Source of the DNA: Podarcis gaigeae
Taxonomy: Eukaryota
Strand: one strand, 5' to 3'
DNA length: 64,000 nucleotides
NCBI GenBank assembly: GCA_964106915.2
Contig: OZ066914.1
Position numbers and translations under genes: made by a program
Part shown: positions 25,808 to 39,559 of the stretch, in pieces
How the letters are laid out: every line of letters begins with the position of its first letter
Numbering within the stretch: position 1 is the first letter of the stretch
Notes under the pieces: generated by a model
The model's input: the letters and a program-made list of their open reading frames with translations, nothing else
What the model was told of the DNA's origin: nothing
Database searches by the model: none

Positions 25808-26706
25808 CTGAAGGCTTTGCTCTGCTTCCTCCAAGGCCTTTGCCACAGTTTCCAGGCTGCTCTCCAGGTGGGCACTCTGCTTGGCCTTAGCTTCCAGATC
25901 CCTTTTCATTTTAGCTGCCATTTCTTCTAGTTCACTCGGGCTCTGCCTCGGGGCTTCCTTGGCCCTCTTGGAAATCTCCCACTGAATTTCTCTCTCCAAG
26001 GCCTCCGTTTTCACCATAAGCTCGTGTATTTTTTGCGTGTACTCCTCCATGGTAGCCCGCAGGGTGTGGACTTTCTCCTGGCGCTCCCTTTCGCACTCCT
26101 TCTCTGAGCGCAGTTCACTCTGCCAAAAGCCTTCCTCACCCAGCTCACTCTCGTTTTGCCGAATCAGCTGCTCCAGGTGCAGGATCTCGTCCTCCTGGCA
26201 GGAGCCTCTGTTGTGTTCCCAGTGCCGGAGGTCCATTTCCAAGGCATCCCCCTGCATCTCCAGGGAGTAGAGATGCTCCTGTTGGTGCAGTATGGTCTTG
26301 AACAGTTCCTCCTTGGAAAGCAGACCCCCACTAGCACCTTCCCTCCAGCCCACGCTGTCCTTCTTGTGTTGCTTCAGCTTGTTCTTGGCAAGCAGGTCAC
26401 TGGAGGCCATAGGGCCCAGGTTGAAGGTTAAGGATTTTTTGGGCTGCCTGGGCCTGGGCACTTCTGTGCCGACCAGCCTGGGTTTGATGGGCAGGCTAGC
26501 CCTGACAAACGTCCTCTCGGGTACCTGGGGAGCACTGTCTGAAGAAGGTCTCTCGGTGAGGCTGGGGCCCGTGCGCTGCAATATGAACTGCACGTCATTG
26601 GCATACTGTCCGCACTTGGCCATGGACTCCACAGGGCATTCATGTGGGAGAAGCTGCCTCTCTTTCTCACGTAGTCTTTGGATGAGAACATAGCGACCTG
26701 TTTGAC
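25808..26706 (-). CDS. RASSF7: RASSF7 exon 3 (rest of RA domain, linker and coiled coil), 899 nt
   Basis: Acceptor ctcttctcag|GT (phase 1) gives GQTGRYVLIQRLREKERQLLPHECPVESMAKCGQYANDVQFIL...ALEEAEQSLQ; donor CAG|gtatgt; contains ORF 25772..26632. Confidence 0.96.
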
Positions 26707-29111
26707 CTGAGAAGAGGAACAGGCGTAAGTGGGGAGCATTTCTTCACTACAGAAACACCAATAACCCTTCCTGCCCCGTTCTAGCTGCATCACACTCACA
26801 TTCCACCCTAATATCCCTCTCACAAGGACAAGTCCATTACACCAGAAGGCTAGATGTTTTTGGGGTGGGTGGATGCTGATCATTTATAAAAACTGATAGA
26901 TCTGTCAACAACTTAAACAATAGGCAGTCTTGCCAGTGACCCTCAGCCCACGCAGCTCCCATTCCAAGTTGGGCCACATGTTTTTAGCTCAACATTTAAC
27001 ATGGAAATTCTATCCTTGAGAACTAGTTTTACCCTACTGCTCCATCAGAAAGCAGTTCTGGTTTAGAAGGTAGCTTGGACATTCACACCAATTTATCTTC
27101 TTATAACTCAAGGTTAGGCATGAACTTTATCATTTACACCTCAATGTTTACACCCACTAGGGGAGGAAGTAGGAAGCATTCCAAATGCAGCAGTTCCGCC
27201 TCCATTTGTACCCTGAGCTAGGCTTTGAGGATCATTTCCACACATGACAAGCTAGCAACATGCTTAAACCTCTTGCTAAAATAGACTCCTTTGGGAGTGA
27301 TGGGGAAGATGTGCCTTTTGGGGAGTGTGGGCAGGATTCGGCTAAGTGGCCGAGCCTCACTTCTTCACTCTGGAGGGTTGGAGAAAACCCCAGAACAGTG
27401 GGGTGCTATGTGAATGGACCTCATTCCCCATTTCAAAGCCCTTTTACCGCAACACTGAATCCCATACCCTGTGTTTGATCACCTTTCAAAAATCATGAAA
27501 CAACCAGTTCCACAAGTCCTCCTCTTTGACCCTGTCAATAGGTCCCCAGGCAAGGAAGCAATTAGTTTTCTCCTGGCAGCTGACAGGCTGATGACACCAG
27601 GTGGCTGGAAATCTTCTTCAGACTTTTCCTTGGACAATTGGTGCAGCCCAATTTAGTGCTTAGCGCTATCTGAGAAGTTAACCCATGCTGTCAGGTAGGC
27701 AAAGGGTCAGTCTCAACCAGAGGTGTTCTGACACTGTTTGGTTCCTACTCATACCATTTATTAATCCATTGAGGGAATGTAACCACCAAATTCTCAGAAG
27801 GGTTTTTGGAGAGATGCTTTATGTTGAGGAGCATCATATCTGTGGATTCTATCTAGTTGGAACTCCCTGACCATCCTTGCTCAGGGTATTTGCAAATAAT
27901 TCAGTGTGAGACCTTTAGCTGTTTATTTCACTGTTAGTTTTGTCATTTGTTATACATTTTTGGGGGGGAACCAGAAAGGGTTCTTTATCTTCTCCCACAC
28001 TTGCTATATTGCCTGCCTCCCAAGGCCTCCTCTCCTCTCCACAATCTAACATTTTAATGCACACACTTAGTATCTGGAATGACTTTGGAAGATTTATTTC
28101 AAATTCCATTAACATTTTTTCTGGCTGCAGTTCTTGGGAGCATTTTAATGCAGGAACCTAAACCCTTTTAGGCAAAGTTATCATTAGCAAGATTTTGTGA
28201 GCTCCAACAGCTTCCAGTAGTGAGTCAATAAGCTGCTAGCCCACAAGGTTTTTGCCTTAAAAGCCCTGATGATTCCTTACCAGCTCATGGAGTACTTACA
28301 TAAGCTGAAACTGAAACCCTATCTTGCAGAGTCAGGACACAAGTACCCCTAAATCTAGTTAAAGGGCAAAAGTGGAGGCTAATACAAGCTTCACTTGCTG
28401 TTCCTAGCACATTTCCACATCAGAAAACACAGCGTAAGCCTGAGTACTGATCTGCCCAGAAAACAGTTAAGGGGAAAACAAACATGCAGGCTCTGAGTCA
28501 TCCTTGTATGTTGCAAATGTAAATTAAGGTTGTGCTCTGACCATGTGAAATGCAGTATGACTGCTGAACGTGGGAGGTGACAAACAATACCCAAGCTTCT
28601 TGTATATGGCAGAAGGCTTCATGAACAAACACCAGAGCTGCCCAATCACTACTTTAGTGCATCACTCATTATCTACTCGGGAAAATGTGTTATGGGAATT
28701 GAAAGCCAATTGTCTCACAAAGGACTTAAAAAGACGTATGAGGATAAATGAAATGCAGAACATCCTACTATGCAGAAATAGCAACCCAACTATAATTTGA
28801 GGGAAAGGGGCATCAGATAGCATTTGTCCTCACTAGCAACTTGCACATGCACACACACTCACTCACATTTCATAAATTCCTCAGGCACATGCAGAACATT
28901 TCAGGAAAAGGCAGAGATTTCTCTTCTTTGCACTGAGTTATAGGGAAAGTTAAGAAAGAGCAGGAATTTGCAAGGGAGTACCCATATGAGAGACTGGCTC
29001 TTCAAATCTCCCTCCAACTCATTTCCCCCTTCCATGTATTCTCTGACAGTTTTTATTTGTTATATGCTCCTGCAGTGCAACTCCCCGCTCCCCAGAATTA
29101 GAAGTAAGTGC

Positions 29112-29367
29112 CAGGGGTCAGCAACCTTTTTCAGCCGTGGGCCAGTCCACTATCCCTCAGACCTTGTGGTGGGCCAGACTATATTTTTTTTGGGGGGGGG
29201 GGAATGAACGAATTCCTATGTCCCACAAATAACTCAGAGATGCATTTTAAATAAAAGGACACATTCTACTCATGTAAAAACACGCTGATTCCCGGACCGT
29301 CCATTGGCCAGATTGAGAAGGCGATTGGGCCGCATCCGGCCCCCGGGCCTTAGGTTGCCTACCACTG
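29112..29367. mobile_element. hAT (Charlie-like) MITE, family B copy 2
   Basis: caggggtcagcaacc...ggttgcctaccactg; reverse complement of 14154-14401. Confidence 0.85.
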
Positions 29368-30089
29368 AGTAAGCCCATTTCAGGTGGAGGCTGCTTAGGA
29401 GGAATTGGCAGTGGAGAAGTGGCCAGAAGGGGTAAGCTACTCTTAATCAACCCCCTCACCACCCAAAAGCCTCTTCTACACCTGCATTAGTTCAGCAAAT
29501 GTGGTTTTTGGAAGTGCGAGTTTGCTGAACAATGTATAAGCAGTGACAATATGAAGCGCTTTATTAGCTTCATTAGTGATTGTAGTGGAGCCAGCTGTCT
29601 GTCCCTATTTTCTCCTTACCCCAGTGCAAACTTGTGTCCAATCCCCCTTTACCTGTATTTCTTCCTCCCCCCATCCACCAAGCCCACTAGCTTCCCCAAA
29701 TGAACCCAAGAGTGCTTAGAAGTCAAAAAAAATAATGCAAAAATACAAGAGGGAAGGAGTGAGTGGGGAAAATGGAGGGAAGGTTTATTTTTTCAGCATA
29801 AATCTGGGAAACAAGCCTACCTGTATGCCCAGACACACAAATGATTTTCACACAAAGCTTTGTAATATCCCTTCTATAAAAAAAAATGAACGTAGTGACA
29901 AAAAAGGTAGCTGGAAGCTATGCATATCAAACATGGCAACATTCATGTATCTCCCATGTATTACAAAACAATGGCCATCCTTATTAGCATAAGCTCCATT
30001 AACTTCATTTGATCTTGCTTCCAATGAAACTTGTAAAGGATTAAACTGCAAGCTTACTTTTAGACCAAGCAAGTGTAACGATTACTTAC

Positions 30090-30192
30090 CAATGGCACGT
30101 GCCAATGCTATGACAACCTCCTGGCATGTGGTCTGTTCGGAGACACCGCATACAACCCGCTGGACACCATCCACCCAGACCTTTAGCTCCAT
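30090..30192 (-). CDS. RASSF7: RASSF7 first coding exon (exon 2 spans 30090-30240 including 48 nt of UTR); N-terminal RA domain
   Basis: ATG at 30192 in strong Kozak context (GTG ATG G); encodes [34 protein letters not shown] plus 1 nt; acceptor tctttgcag|G at 30241/30240; donor G|gtaagt at 30090/30089. Too short for the ORF track. Confidence 0.96.
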
Positions 30193-30207
30193 CACCAAAA
30201 CAGTAGA

Positions 30208-30225
30208 TTAAACTTTCTGGATCAT
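30208..30225 (-). promoter_or_regulatory. uORF MIQKV* in the exon 2 leader
   Basis: ATG ATC CAG AAA GTT TAA, in frame with the main ATG and ending 15 nt before it. Confidence 0.6.
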
Positions 30226-33200
30226 TGCAGTAGGTCTTCCCTGCAAAGATGTTTAAAGAAAGAGGAGTTTAAGCTTGCTGTCTGATTTCATTTTCTTGCT
30301 CCAGATTGCTCCAAGAGCAAAAATGCTAATTGGCTGACATTCAAGGAAGTTCTGAGGTGTCTATACCTCTTCTTCCCACCTCTCCAATTTCTAGCCCATC
30401 TGCTCCAACAGACGGTTCTAGGTTTTCTTAGAAAAAGCTTCTGGCTCAAAAAGAAATGGCAAACAATTCCCCCCCCCCCTTTTTTCAGTTTCACAGCTTC
30501 CGAGATCATCTATCCCATCTATCCAAAATGAAATACGACAGTTAGGACAGGACAATTCAGAATGCAGATGTGACATTTCACCACTCCAGATAGGTCAGCA
30601 ATAGCCCCCTGCTAATCACGAACTTCAGAAACCAATAAATTTATGTAGCTAACTACAGTTTATCCTGTTCATGTTTCTGCTTGAGTTTCCAAAGATGGAC
30701 TGTATGGGGTAGCTTGCATGAATGAAGAATAACAGGAGTCTAAAGCATAGTTCTGTTTTATAACAGGGTTGCCATATTTCAAAAAGTGAAAATCTGGACA
30801 CAAATGTTGTTGAGCTTGGCATTGCAACAACAATCCTAACACATTGCCTAGATGTAGCCAACCAGCACGAGAAAACCTAGATGAGATCAGAGATGGTGCT
30901 CAGTTTAAGACTGTGCGGGACACAAGAGGGTAGAACTGCTACCAGAGCATCCATAAGAAATCGTACAAACATATGCGTATAGTAAATTCACCTTCTATCT
31001 GCTTTAGCTAATACAGTATTCAGATAAGCAAAGTCTGCAATCATATGATAAGCCGCAGCATATAAAGCAGCGAGGTCATACAGTTTGAATCATATGAATA
31101 GAAATACAGATCTGCATTAGGCCATGTGTCATTAATGGACTAAAACAGGTTCCTGGAGATAATAGGTTAGGCTAACCGGCTAAGAGATTAGTGAAAATTG
31201 CTTTGCCCTTTTCAAAAATTGCCTGACTGAAGTGGTATGCTGCACACACATTAATCAGCTCCTGTTCCTTCTACTTCTCACTTCATCAACATGATGAAGT
31301 CTTTTCAGAGTTATTCAAGATACATCACTTAAGTCTTTAGAGAAGCATAGTTCTGTTTATCAGGATTCCGGATAAATCAGAGGATAACTACATTTACTGT
31401 TGTATTTCTGACATGAAACTTAAATGGAGATGAATATTAACATTTGGGTAAGTCAGAGAACAAGCTATTTTATTTTAAAAGCATTTTGGAAATTGTATGT
31501 TTGTATGTTTAACCCAAAGTCTCTGCAAGTCACATTTCCTCATTTTTTAGTGGTGTGCAACAAGCCTGAAGAACGCAGCTGGCAATGCTTCAGCAGCCCA
31601 GATACCAGAGAACAAGAATGCTGCAAGTTAAATATTAAACAGTGCTAATCTGGTGTTAATCAGCTGCCTACCAGAACTATGAAAAGAATGAAGGGTTGTG
31701 GCTTACTGGCTGGATATCAGCCTCTTGGATTCCAGCCCTTCTTACAAAGTCACCTTTGGCTGACAGTGCCACACCTGAAAAATGTTCTTTTCTCCCAGCC
31801 AGAGTGAAGTGCAAAAGTACATCACCCGGAAAAAGGAAAAGAAAAGAACACCCACCCCATAATATCACTACAACATGCCAAAGAGCAGGTTAGTTTTGAC
31901 ATTGTTAGTGGTGCATTTCAGATTTCTCAACTCACACCTAAGATTTACATGGAGTTCTCCTTATAGTGCTAAGAGAAAAACATTAACCATTTCAGGTGTT
32001 GTTGCACAGAATAGTAGAACAAAAGAATATGAGAAAAGGAGGATCAACCATAACTTTTTTTTCAGCCCAGCACAACCCCATTTCATACATACATTCTCAT
32101 GAGTCATGAAAATAAAACGTATTTTAATTTTAAAATTATACCACAACCCACGCTGGGGCTCTTCTCTTACACAAGAATCTCTGGGACTGCTAATTGTTGG
32201 GAGCTTGTCACCTTTTGCTGCATGGGGCAGATGGGGGGGGGGCGTGACAACTCCCTGATAGTCCACATTCAGAACTCAATGAGTCTGGCAATTGAATATG
32301 ACTTCACCACTAGTAATATACAGTGCCCTCTACCATACTTGAAGGCAGAGACCTAACTTTGGTAGGGCAAAGGGGAAGTTGCATGGCACACAGTGCCATG
32401 CAACCTCATTGCTGTTCCCCAGCATGTTGTCTGAGGTGGTTGCCTCACTCTACCTAATAAGAGGGCTGGCCCCAAGCAAAGATTCAGTGCAGTGGGACAC
32501 ACAGCAATTAACCTCAACCCACCAGGGTCTTGGCTTGGCTATCTGCTTCTAGAGCAATGGGTATGGGTAGGTAGGATCAGGTAGGGTCGCTCAATCCAAG
32601 CCATGATACATCTCTGTGTCCCAGTGCTCCACCACTGGCGCTCCACCACTGGACCAAAGAACGTGTGCTCAGCACCTGCTACTATCATCAGACTGAAAAC
32701 CCTAAAAGTATAGCCCATCCACATTGGCAACAAATTGCTAGAGAGTTTCAAGCAAAACATGAAGCAGGCATATGTTTTCACATCTCGGTTTTCCACAAAT
32801 ATGTAAACTAAACATTTCAGGAATGTTCTGTTTTTAAAAGTGTAATGCTTATATGCAGTAATTATTGAACTATTTTTTTTTTTTTTTTTTGGTAGAGATT
32901 TCCAGTATAAACATATCCCTGCCAACATTTCACAGATGAAAACTCCTGCATATTAAAGGGTGGGGCTAGGGGCTAAATCCAGCAGTGTGGCTGGGAGACA
33001 AATGGTACATGCAAACTCCAGATGACAAAAGCAGCAAGGCAAGCCAGATACAACAAGGCAAGAAAAAAGGCACGTATACTGTACTGCATTTATACTATTT
33101 AGATAGGACATACAAATAGGCTCCATTTCCCCTGTCTTCCCCGTTCCACACCCCTGCAAGCTTCAGCTGCCATTCTGACTGGCTCATCTTTTCTAACAGT

Positions 33201-34189
33201 TGCTATTTCATTCTCTGTCCCTCCACCTCTTCCAGGTGCAGGTATTTTCCAATCTCAGCAGGCCAGGAGAACAAAACAGACACATCTAATCTGCATTTAG
33301 TGCTGCACCTTTGAGTAGAAAGTATCAGATGAAAAGGGCGGAAATCATTTTAATATAAAAGAATACATTTTATGTCAGTTTCTCTGCCTGCATCCGTAAA
33401 AAAAAAAGTGAAAATAAATTATGATTTCTCAACAAGGATGTTTTAGTCACTAATGGGGATTTCCATTCAATCCAATTGCCTGTGTGGAAAGCGGCCATTA
33501 TTTCTTCATCAGATTAAAAAACAATCCAGGAAGCAAATGCAACACAGATGCTGAAGTGATTGATCCTGTTCCAGAAACAGATGTAACTTAGAAATATTTC
33601 CATCAGTAATATTGAACTGATATTGTTTGATCTTGGTACATGCTCTGTTATAAATATTGAAAGTAGCTTCAGTTCATATTAAGTGCTTGTATCGCAGAGT
33701 TAAATACCAAATTACTAGAAGGACTTGAAAGGGATTGATTATTCATAATTTATTGTTCATGATGGCATGTCAAAACCCAATCCTGGTCTAAAATTCAGCA
33801 CATAGCAGCAGCTGGCACAAACACAACTGGCTCAGCATGGCTCAACATGACTGAAGTCATCATGGGATGACTTGCAGACATCTGCCAAGGTCTAAGAGAG
33901 TTGTGCAAATGGCCCCTAATCAATAAACTTTATTTGATTACTGTATCTCTAGTTGTTGTGTTATGTATAAAAACATGCTACAAAAAGAAGGAACCAGTTC
34001 ACATTTCTCTAAACCTCCATCAATTCATCACAGCTATTTCTTTTTGAAACTCAAGTCCTAGTCCTGGAAACTTCTTATGTTGGAATTTTAAGATTTTAGG
34101 TCTTTGATAATTTTGTTTTCTACCAGGTTACTGTTTTAAGAGCACTGTGCTTGAAGGCAGCTCACTTATCTGGACTTTTCCAACAAAAC

Positions 34190-35095
34190 ACATAGAATCA
34201 TAGAATCACAGAACCATAGAACTGTATATTTGGAAGGGACCCCATGGGTCATCTAGTCCCATGTTGTTTTTGCTGTGTTTGCAGCACTGAAGTGACCCCT
34301 CTGGGTTGCGAGCATCGACAGTGTATATGGAGGTCCTGGGCTGCCTCGCTAATGTGATCCAAAGGAAAGCAGAGCAATATGTTTGGCACCAACTTGGCTG
34401 CAGGAGTTGCCGGAAGGAGGCATACAAGACATCGTCTAACCACCTTAGGGACTCCACTCCAGATTTGTGTAAGGTTTGCTTCTTAGCCTTTTCTTCTCCC
34501 GAAGATGTTCCACAAGGCAGTGGGTACAGATTGTTCCCCAGGATTTGCTGCCATGAATGAGTATAGCCACAAGGCAGTGGAGGTTTAGGATCAGAGTTTT
34601 CCTTCTCTTAGGCAGGCTACCTTCCCAGGTTGACGAGCCCCATCTGCCCCTCACTTCCCTGTGCAGCGCTTGCAGAAACCACCTTCTTGACCACTGGACC
34701 CACTATTGGGTCTCATCCGTTTAATCTGCTGGAGTCTGTCTTCACATGCAGGGGATAGAAAAGTCCCTAACATACCAAGGGATCAAGACCCATTGGCTAC
34801 CCTCACCTGGTCAAAACCGTTACCTGGGGGTGTGGCCACTGTTGCAGATTGACAGCTTCTAGGAGCCACAGATAACAGCTGATCACAGGGACCAATGGTG
34901 GACGAACTACCCAGAAGAAGCACGATATATGCCCCACCAAAGATACCACCCCTCCCCTAACAGCCCATAATGCAATCCAGGAATCTCAGCTAAAGCATCC
35001 ATGACAGATGGCCGTTCAACATTTTGCTTCAAAACTTCCAATGAAGGAGAGTCCATAACCTCCTGAGGGAAAGTTCTTTCTGATATTTAGTTGTA
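34190..35095 (-). mobile_element. CR1 3' end split by a ~700-bp insertion
   Basis: (catagaat)n tail plus ttggaagggacc...catctagtcc at 34190-34261; resumes as tgcaatccaggaatctcagctaaagcatccatgacagatggcc at ~34970. Confidence 0.75.
34263..34962. mobile_element. Nested insertion, probably RTE-derived non-autonomous retroelement
   Basis: Interrupts the CR1 tail; contains ccttctcttaggcaggctaccttcccaggttgacgagccc, resembling RTE 5' regions; class assigned from memory only. Confidence 0.5.
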
Positions 35096-36314
35096 AGGCA
35101 ATTTAGATGGTTCAGCATGTAAAACTGCTTATTGTTGAAAAATGCTTCTTTGTGTATCTGTCTTATTCATAGCAGCAAGCATGCAACATCAGTGAAGAAC
35201 CGCACCACCTTATTCACTTGCAGACTCTCCAGGCAAGAGAAATACTACTTGCCACTCTTAGGGGAAATATAGCATTCTTTGCAAAATGGCCCAGCTTAAA
35301 CTCTATCACAGAAATGTGACAAAACATTTAAAATTTCCTGGGATTGGTAGACTTAAATGCTGCCTCGGGCTGCATTACGGATTGGCATCAGTGGCGCCAT
35401 AAGCACGCCAGCTGTTAAAGAGGTTGACATTATATGAAGTGGTGGCTTTCAGGTGCTATAATTTAGGTTTGGCTGTAAATCCTGACATGTCTGACTTAGT
35501 AACTGTGCTTATTTTTGTCTACAGATGAGGTCTAAATGTCTGGATGAAATAAGGCACTTCCTGAGAAATATAAAAAGGCAACTGTAGGGAGGAGGAGGGA
35601 TGTGTGGGGCACTTATGAATCTCCCCATTCTCCCCCATTTCAAATATTTCATGAAGCTTTCAGTAAGGTGGATATTAAGCAATAAACAGGAAGCACCAAT
35701 AATGAACCGCACTATGAGCTGCAGAGCACCACATAAAGTTATTTATGGTGGTTTTGCTCTTTTAAAGATGTACTTCCGTTTTATTATTTTTTAACACACT
35801 AGTGTTTCAATAACTCACTGTATGGATTCTATGGTAATACAGCTATTCTTCACAAGAGTGACTTCAGACAGTTTTGACAAGTGAAGTGAGGAGGAAGTAG
35901 TTCTATAAATCATCAGTGGCAGGGGGAAAGCTGGTGGATTTCAACGAGTAAGTAAGAATAATCCCTTTTTTGCAGTCAGATTTGACTTTTATGATGCATT
36001 TTTTAAAATGTTCTTTCAATCCTAGTACATAGCTAATATATAGTATGCAAAAAGCTTTTTAAAGCTGCACATGGTGAAGAAAGAAGTAACAGGAGGCAAG
36101 ACAACTGCGACTATAAAAAGAAACATTTATTTCCTGAAGGAGTGGGGGAAGGGACAGCATCTACTAAGCAGCAACAATCAAGTAATGCACGGACCATAAA
36201 GTTGCTGGATGCTTGCTAATTCAAAATTGGGACATACATTGAAAATATCTGGTAAGTTAGTAAGGCCTAGGATATCATCTTCAGAAGTGTTATTAACTTT
36301 AACTCTACCTTTAA

Positions 36315-36575
36315 TACCTGAAGGAGAGTCTCGGGAACCAGGAAGAGGGCCTTCTTGGTAGTGGTGCCCTCCCTGTGGAACACTCTCCCTTCAAATATCA
36401 AGGAAATAAACAACTATCTGACTTTTAGAACACATCTGAAGGCAGCCCTGTACTGGAAAGTTTTTAATCTTTGATGTTTTAGTATGTTCTGATATGTGCT
36501 GTGAGGTGCCCAGAATGGCTGGGGAAACCCAGCCAGATGGGCAGGGTATTATTATTATTATTATTACTAAGACTA
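36315..36575 (+). mobile_element. L2-type LINE 3' end with internal deletion and (ATT)n tail
   Basis: Colinear with 45355-45700 apart from a ~85-bp deletion. Confidence 0.8.
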
Positions 36576-38424
36576 CGACTACTACAAGGGCAGCATTGCT
36601 GTAATATGAAAGTGCTAAGTCGCAATCTTCTGAGTGAGACTATTCACTCTTCCTTAGCAGGAACAAAGGCAACTAGATTCCCTGCTATTCCCCTCCTGAA
36701 TAAATTCAATAGTACTAATCCCTTCTTTGTACTGGTAATCAAGATTTCCCAAGGGTATGATGTCTTCAAATAAGCCAATATGAATAGCCTGATATATTCA
36801 GATAACCATCTGAAGACAATTCCCATGCTCTCCTTCATATTGTTGCAAGGCACAGTATCTTGTAAATCAAGGATGCATCTTGCACACTTCAGTCTCCCTT
36901 GTTAAGTGCCCAGCTTTTAAAAGGCACCTGCATAAGTAGGTTGGGGGAGGGGGATTCCCTTAAAGGCTCCTTATCAAAGACCTGTATGTTCAGCACCACA
37001 ACCTGACAGTAAGCACCCTTTTACCACAGCAGGAGGATAGCATTCTCGATATCAGCAGTATAATAAAGAATCCATAAACTCTGTAAATCATCTGCTTTCC
37101 AATAAAGTTGAAACAGCCACATTTCACAACAGTCTTCAGGCAGAGTGAACAGACTGTGCGTGGACCGCAGTTGTCAGACACAGCAGCTGAGGCCTCTTTA
37201 CACAAGCAATTTTGACATTAATAATCCAATTCTTCTCCAAGACCACAAATTTAAAAGGTCTGATGCATGGGCAGACAGGCTTAATTGCAACCATGTGTGT
37301 AAAAACGGCATAGTTATTCTTTTGGTGAGTTGCACAGAGAAACAGAACCTGCAGTCAATATCTAAGGCTTTGTACTCCTAGTTAACAGGAGTCAAAGTAA
37401 TCCCATGCCAGCACCCTGACTGGCCTAGGTCAGCTATAAGACTGCAGGATTCAATCATGTAAGAGCAAGTTCAGGGCGCACAATTAAAGTTTATTTGGAG
37501 TTTTTGCATAGCAAACCTGCTTCCCCTGCACGTGCACATACACAAACCAGACTTTTTTCCAATAAGGGTAAAACACTGAAAATGTGGGGTAAAACTTTCA
37601 TGACACAACATCATCTAACCTCCCTGCAAACAAATTAGAATGACCACTTAATCAATTGCTGGCATCATCTAACCTCTCCACAAACTTTGAGCAAACAATT
37701 TTGGATGAATGCTCAATTAACAGGTCATCCAGAAACAACCTAAGATAAATACGTTTGCACTGCATTTGTACACAGACAGTTCTTCATCTTTATAAGGCGT
37801 TTAAGTAATATTCTTAAATCAATGAAGCTGAATGCTGGAAAGTCCAGGATAGACCAAAGATCACTCATAAGTTCTGCTCCAGTGGTGCCTACCTAGAATT
37901 CACGGGTTGAATCCAAGGAAGACGTTGCGTGAGTAAAACAGCTTCCCAAGCACAACAGAATCTCCTACACATATGAACCTCAAATGTGTTTTGGAGGGTT
38001 TTTTGGCGGCAGGCAGAACCCAGAACAGATTTAAGAGGGTGCATCAGGAGTTGTTCTGTAGTGCTTGTGAAGCTGCTCCACTTGTGCAGTGATTTAGTTT
38101 GATATGACTCGTGGTCTCTAGCATGTCTACAGTTCTAACCATTAATGGGCAGTTTTAGAAAGCTGCATACGTTTAAGTCAACTAACTTGCAAGACAGAGG
38201 GCAGAGACTGAGAATCAGCAACTTGCCCAAAGCTCCAAAAACCACTTTGAGGGTTGTTGTTGTTTTAAAAATCAAACGGCATATAAATTTTATTAAATAA
38301 ATTATGACTGCTGCTCTCACCTTCTAAGTAGTAATTTTTCCTATTAAATTCTTTCATAAAATCAGATCACATCCTTATCTCACTATGGGTTTGTGAGCAG
38401 TGGGGAAAATCATCATGCAGAAGG

Positions 38425-38659
38425 TAGGGTTGCCATGTGTCTGGAATTTCCTGGACATATCTGAAATTCTGCAATCAGCAGCAGTGTCTGGCCAGAAGTC
38501 AGAAAAAAATGTCCAGGAAAATCTGGACATATGGCAGCCCATGGCAGCAGTTTCGTTTCTGCCAATTTCCCATTAATAAAGCTCCAAAATGAATTCCTGC
38601 CTCCATGTTTTTGCCGAAAACTGTTCCGGATTTTCACTGTTTGAAATATGACAACCCTA
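38425..38659. mobile_element. hAT-like MITE
   Basis: TIR tagggttgccat...atgacaacccta; subterminal ctggacatat repeats; flanks cagaagg/cataagg. Confidence 0.8.
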
Positions 38660-38797
38660 CATAAGGAATCTATGAATTCAAAAAAGGGTAACTTGACAAG
38701 TTCAAGGTAGAAAGGAGAAAAATTATAACATTTAGTATCTGGAACATAGAGGAGTAGAAACCCCCATAGGTTTTGCCTGAGCTCTCATATGGAACAG

Positions 38798-38928
38798 TAT
38801 GCTGGCCACAAGACCCGGAAAAACTGTCTGCGGACAAATGCCGACTCCCTCAGCCAGTAAAGCGAGATGAGTGCCGCAACCCCAGAGTTGTCCGCGACTG
38901 GACTTAACGGTCAGGGGTCCCTTTATCT
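38798..38928 (+). mobile_element. Sauria SINE 3' fragment
   Basis: atgctggccacaagacccggaa...gagatgagtgccgcaacccagag...ggtcaggggtcccttta matches the reverse complement of the full copy at 54929. Confidence 0.85.
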
Positions 38929-39559
38929 AACATCTTTGTAATTTGTGGATCTTACGAAATCTATCTTAGCAAAGCTTAACAAGCTTGCCATTAAAACAAC
39001 ATAGTAACCAGCCCTGTCATTAAGTTACTGTCCTAAATTTGTTTTGCCAGCAGTGAAATAAAATTTAGCTGAAATATTATAATGAACTATTGCTGCTGTT
39101 TTGTCAATTAAAAAAAACAGACTAAGCATAAAATATAGTTTAAAGTTGCTTGTGCAATCTTATGAGGCAAACAAGAGGCATTTTTGTTGGTGTTAAGAAG
39201 TATTCGTATTCTGAGGAGGATCTAATTTCTCAAATTAATCTAACTTGCACAAAACAATTCAGATAGACAGCTTTTTACTTCCTCCGGCCTACTTGTCACC
39301 AGCTAATCCAGCATTTAAATCAACCTCCTCTGAGGTGCAGGTAATGTTCTTAAACAATTTTTGCACACTCAAATCAAGAACACCTACGTGTCCAGAAAGC
39401 AAAAGGAAGAGGTCATTTAGAAGTTACAAACCACTGCCTCTTACTATTTTTATTGGAGAAGTAACATAAATGGCTTGGAGAAAACCTCCACTAAACAGCA
39501 CAAACACTGCAGCAAAGTGCAGCTAAGCCTTTTGTATGTTCAGGCATGAAAAAATAACA

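Noticed and set aside
25772-26632. 286-aa ORF as a stand-alone gene
   Set aside because: It is RASSF7 exon 3: the listed start is an internal GTG and the tail VCMHFTIMFFF is intron read-through past a consensus donor.
26037-26883. Antisense and alternative-frame ORFs over exon 3
   Set aside because: Shadows of the real coding exon, with no independent evidence.
33190-33250. Plus-strand branch point, pyrimidine tract and 6-nt cag|GTGCAG|gtattt cassette
   Set aside because: Antisense to RASSF7, weak donor, no partner exons; likely chance.
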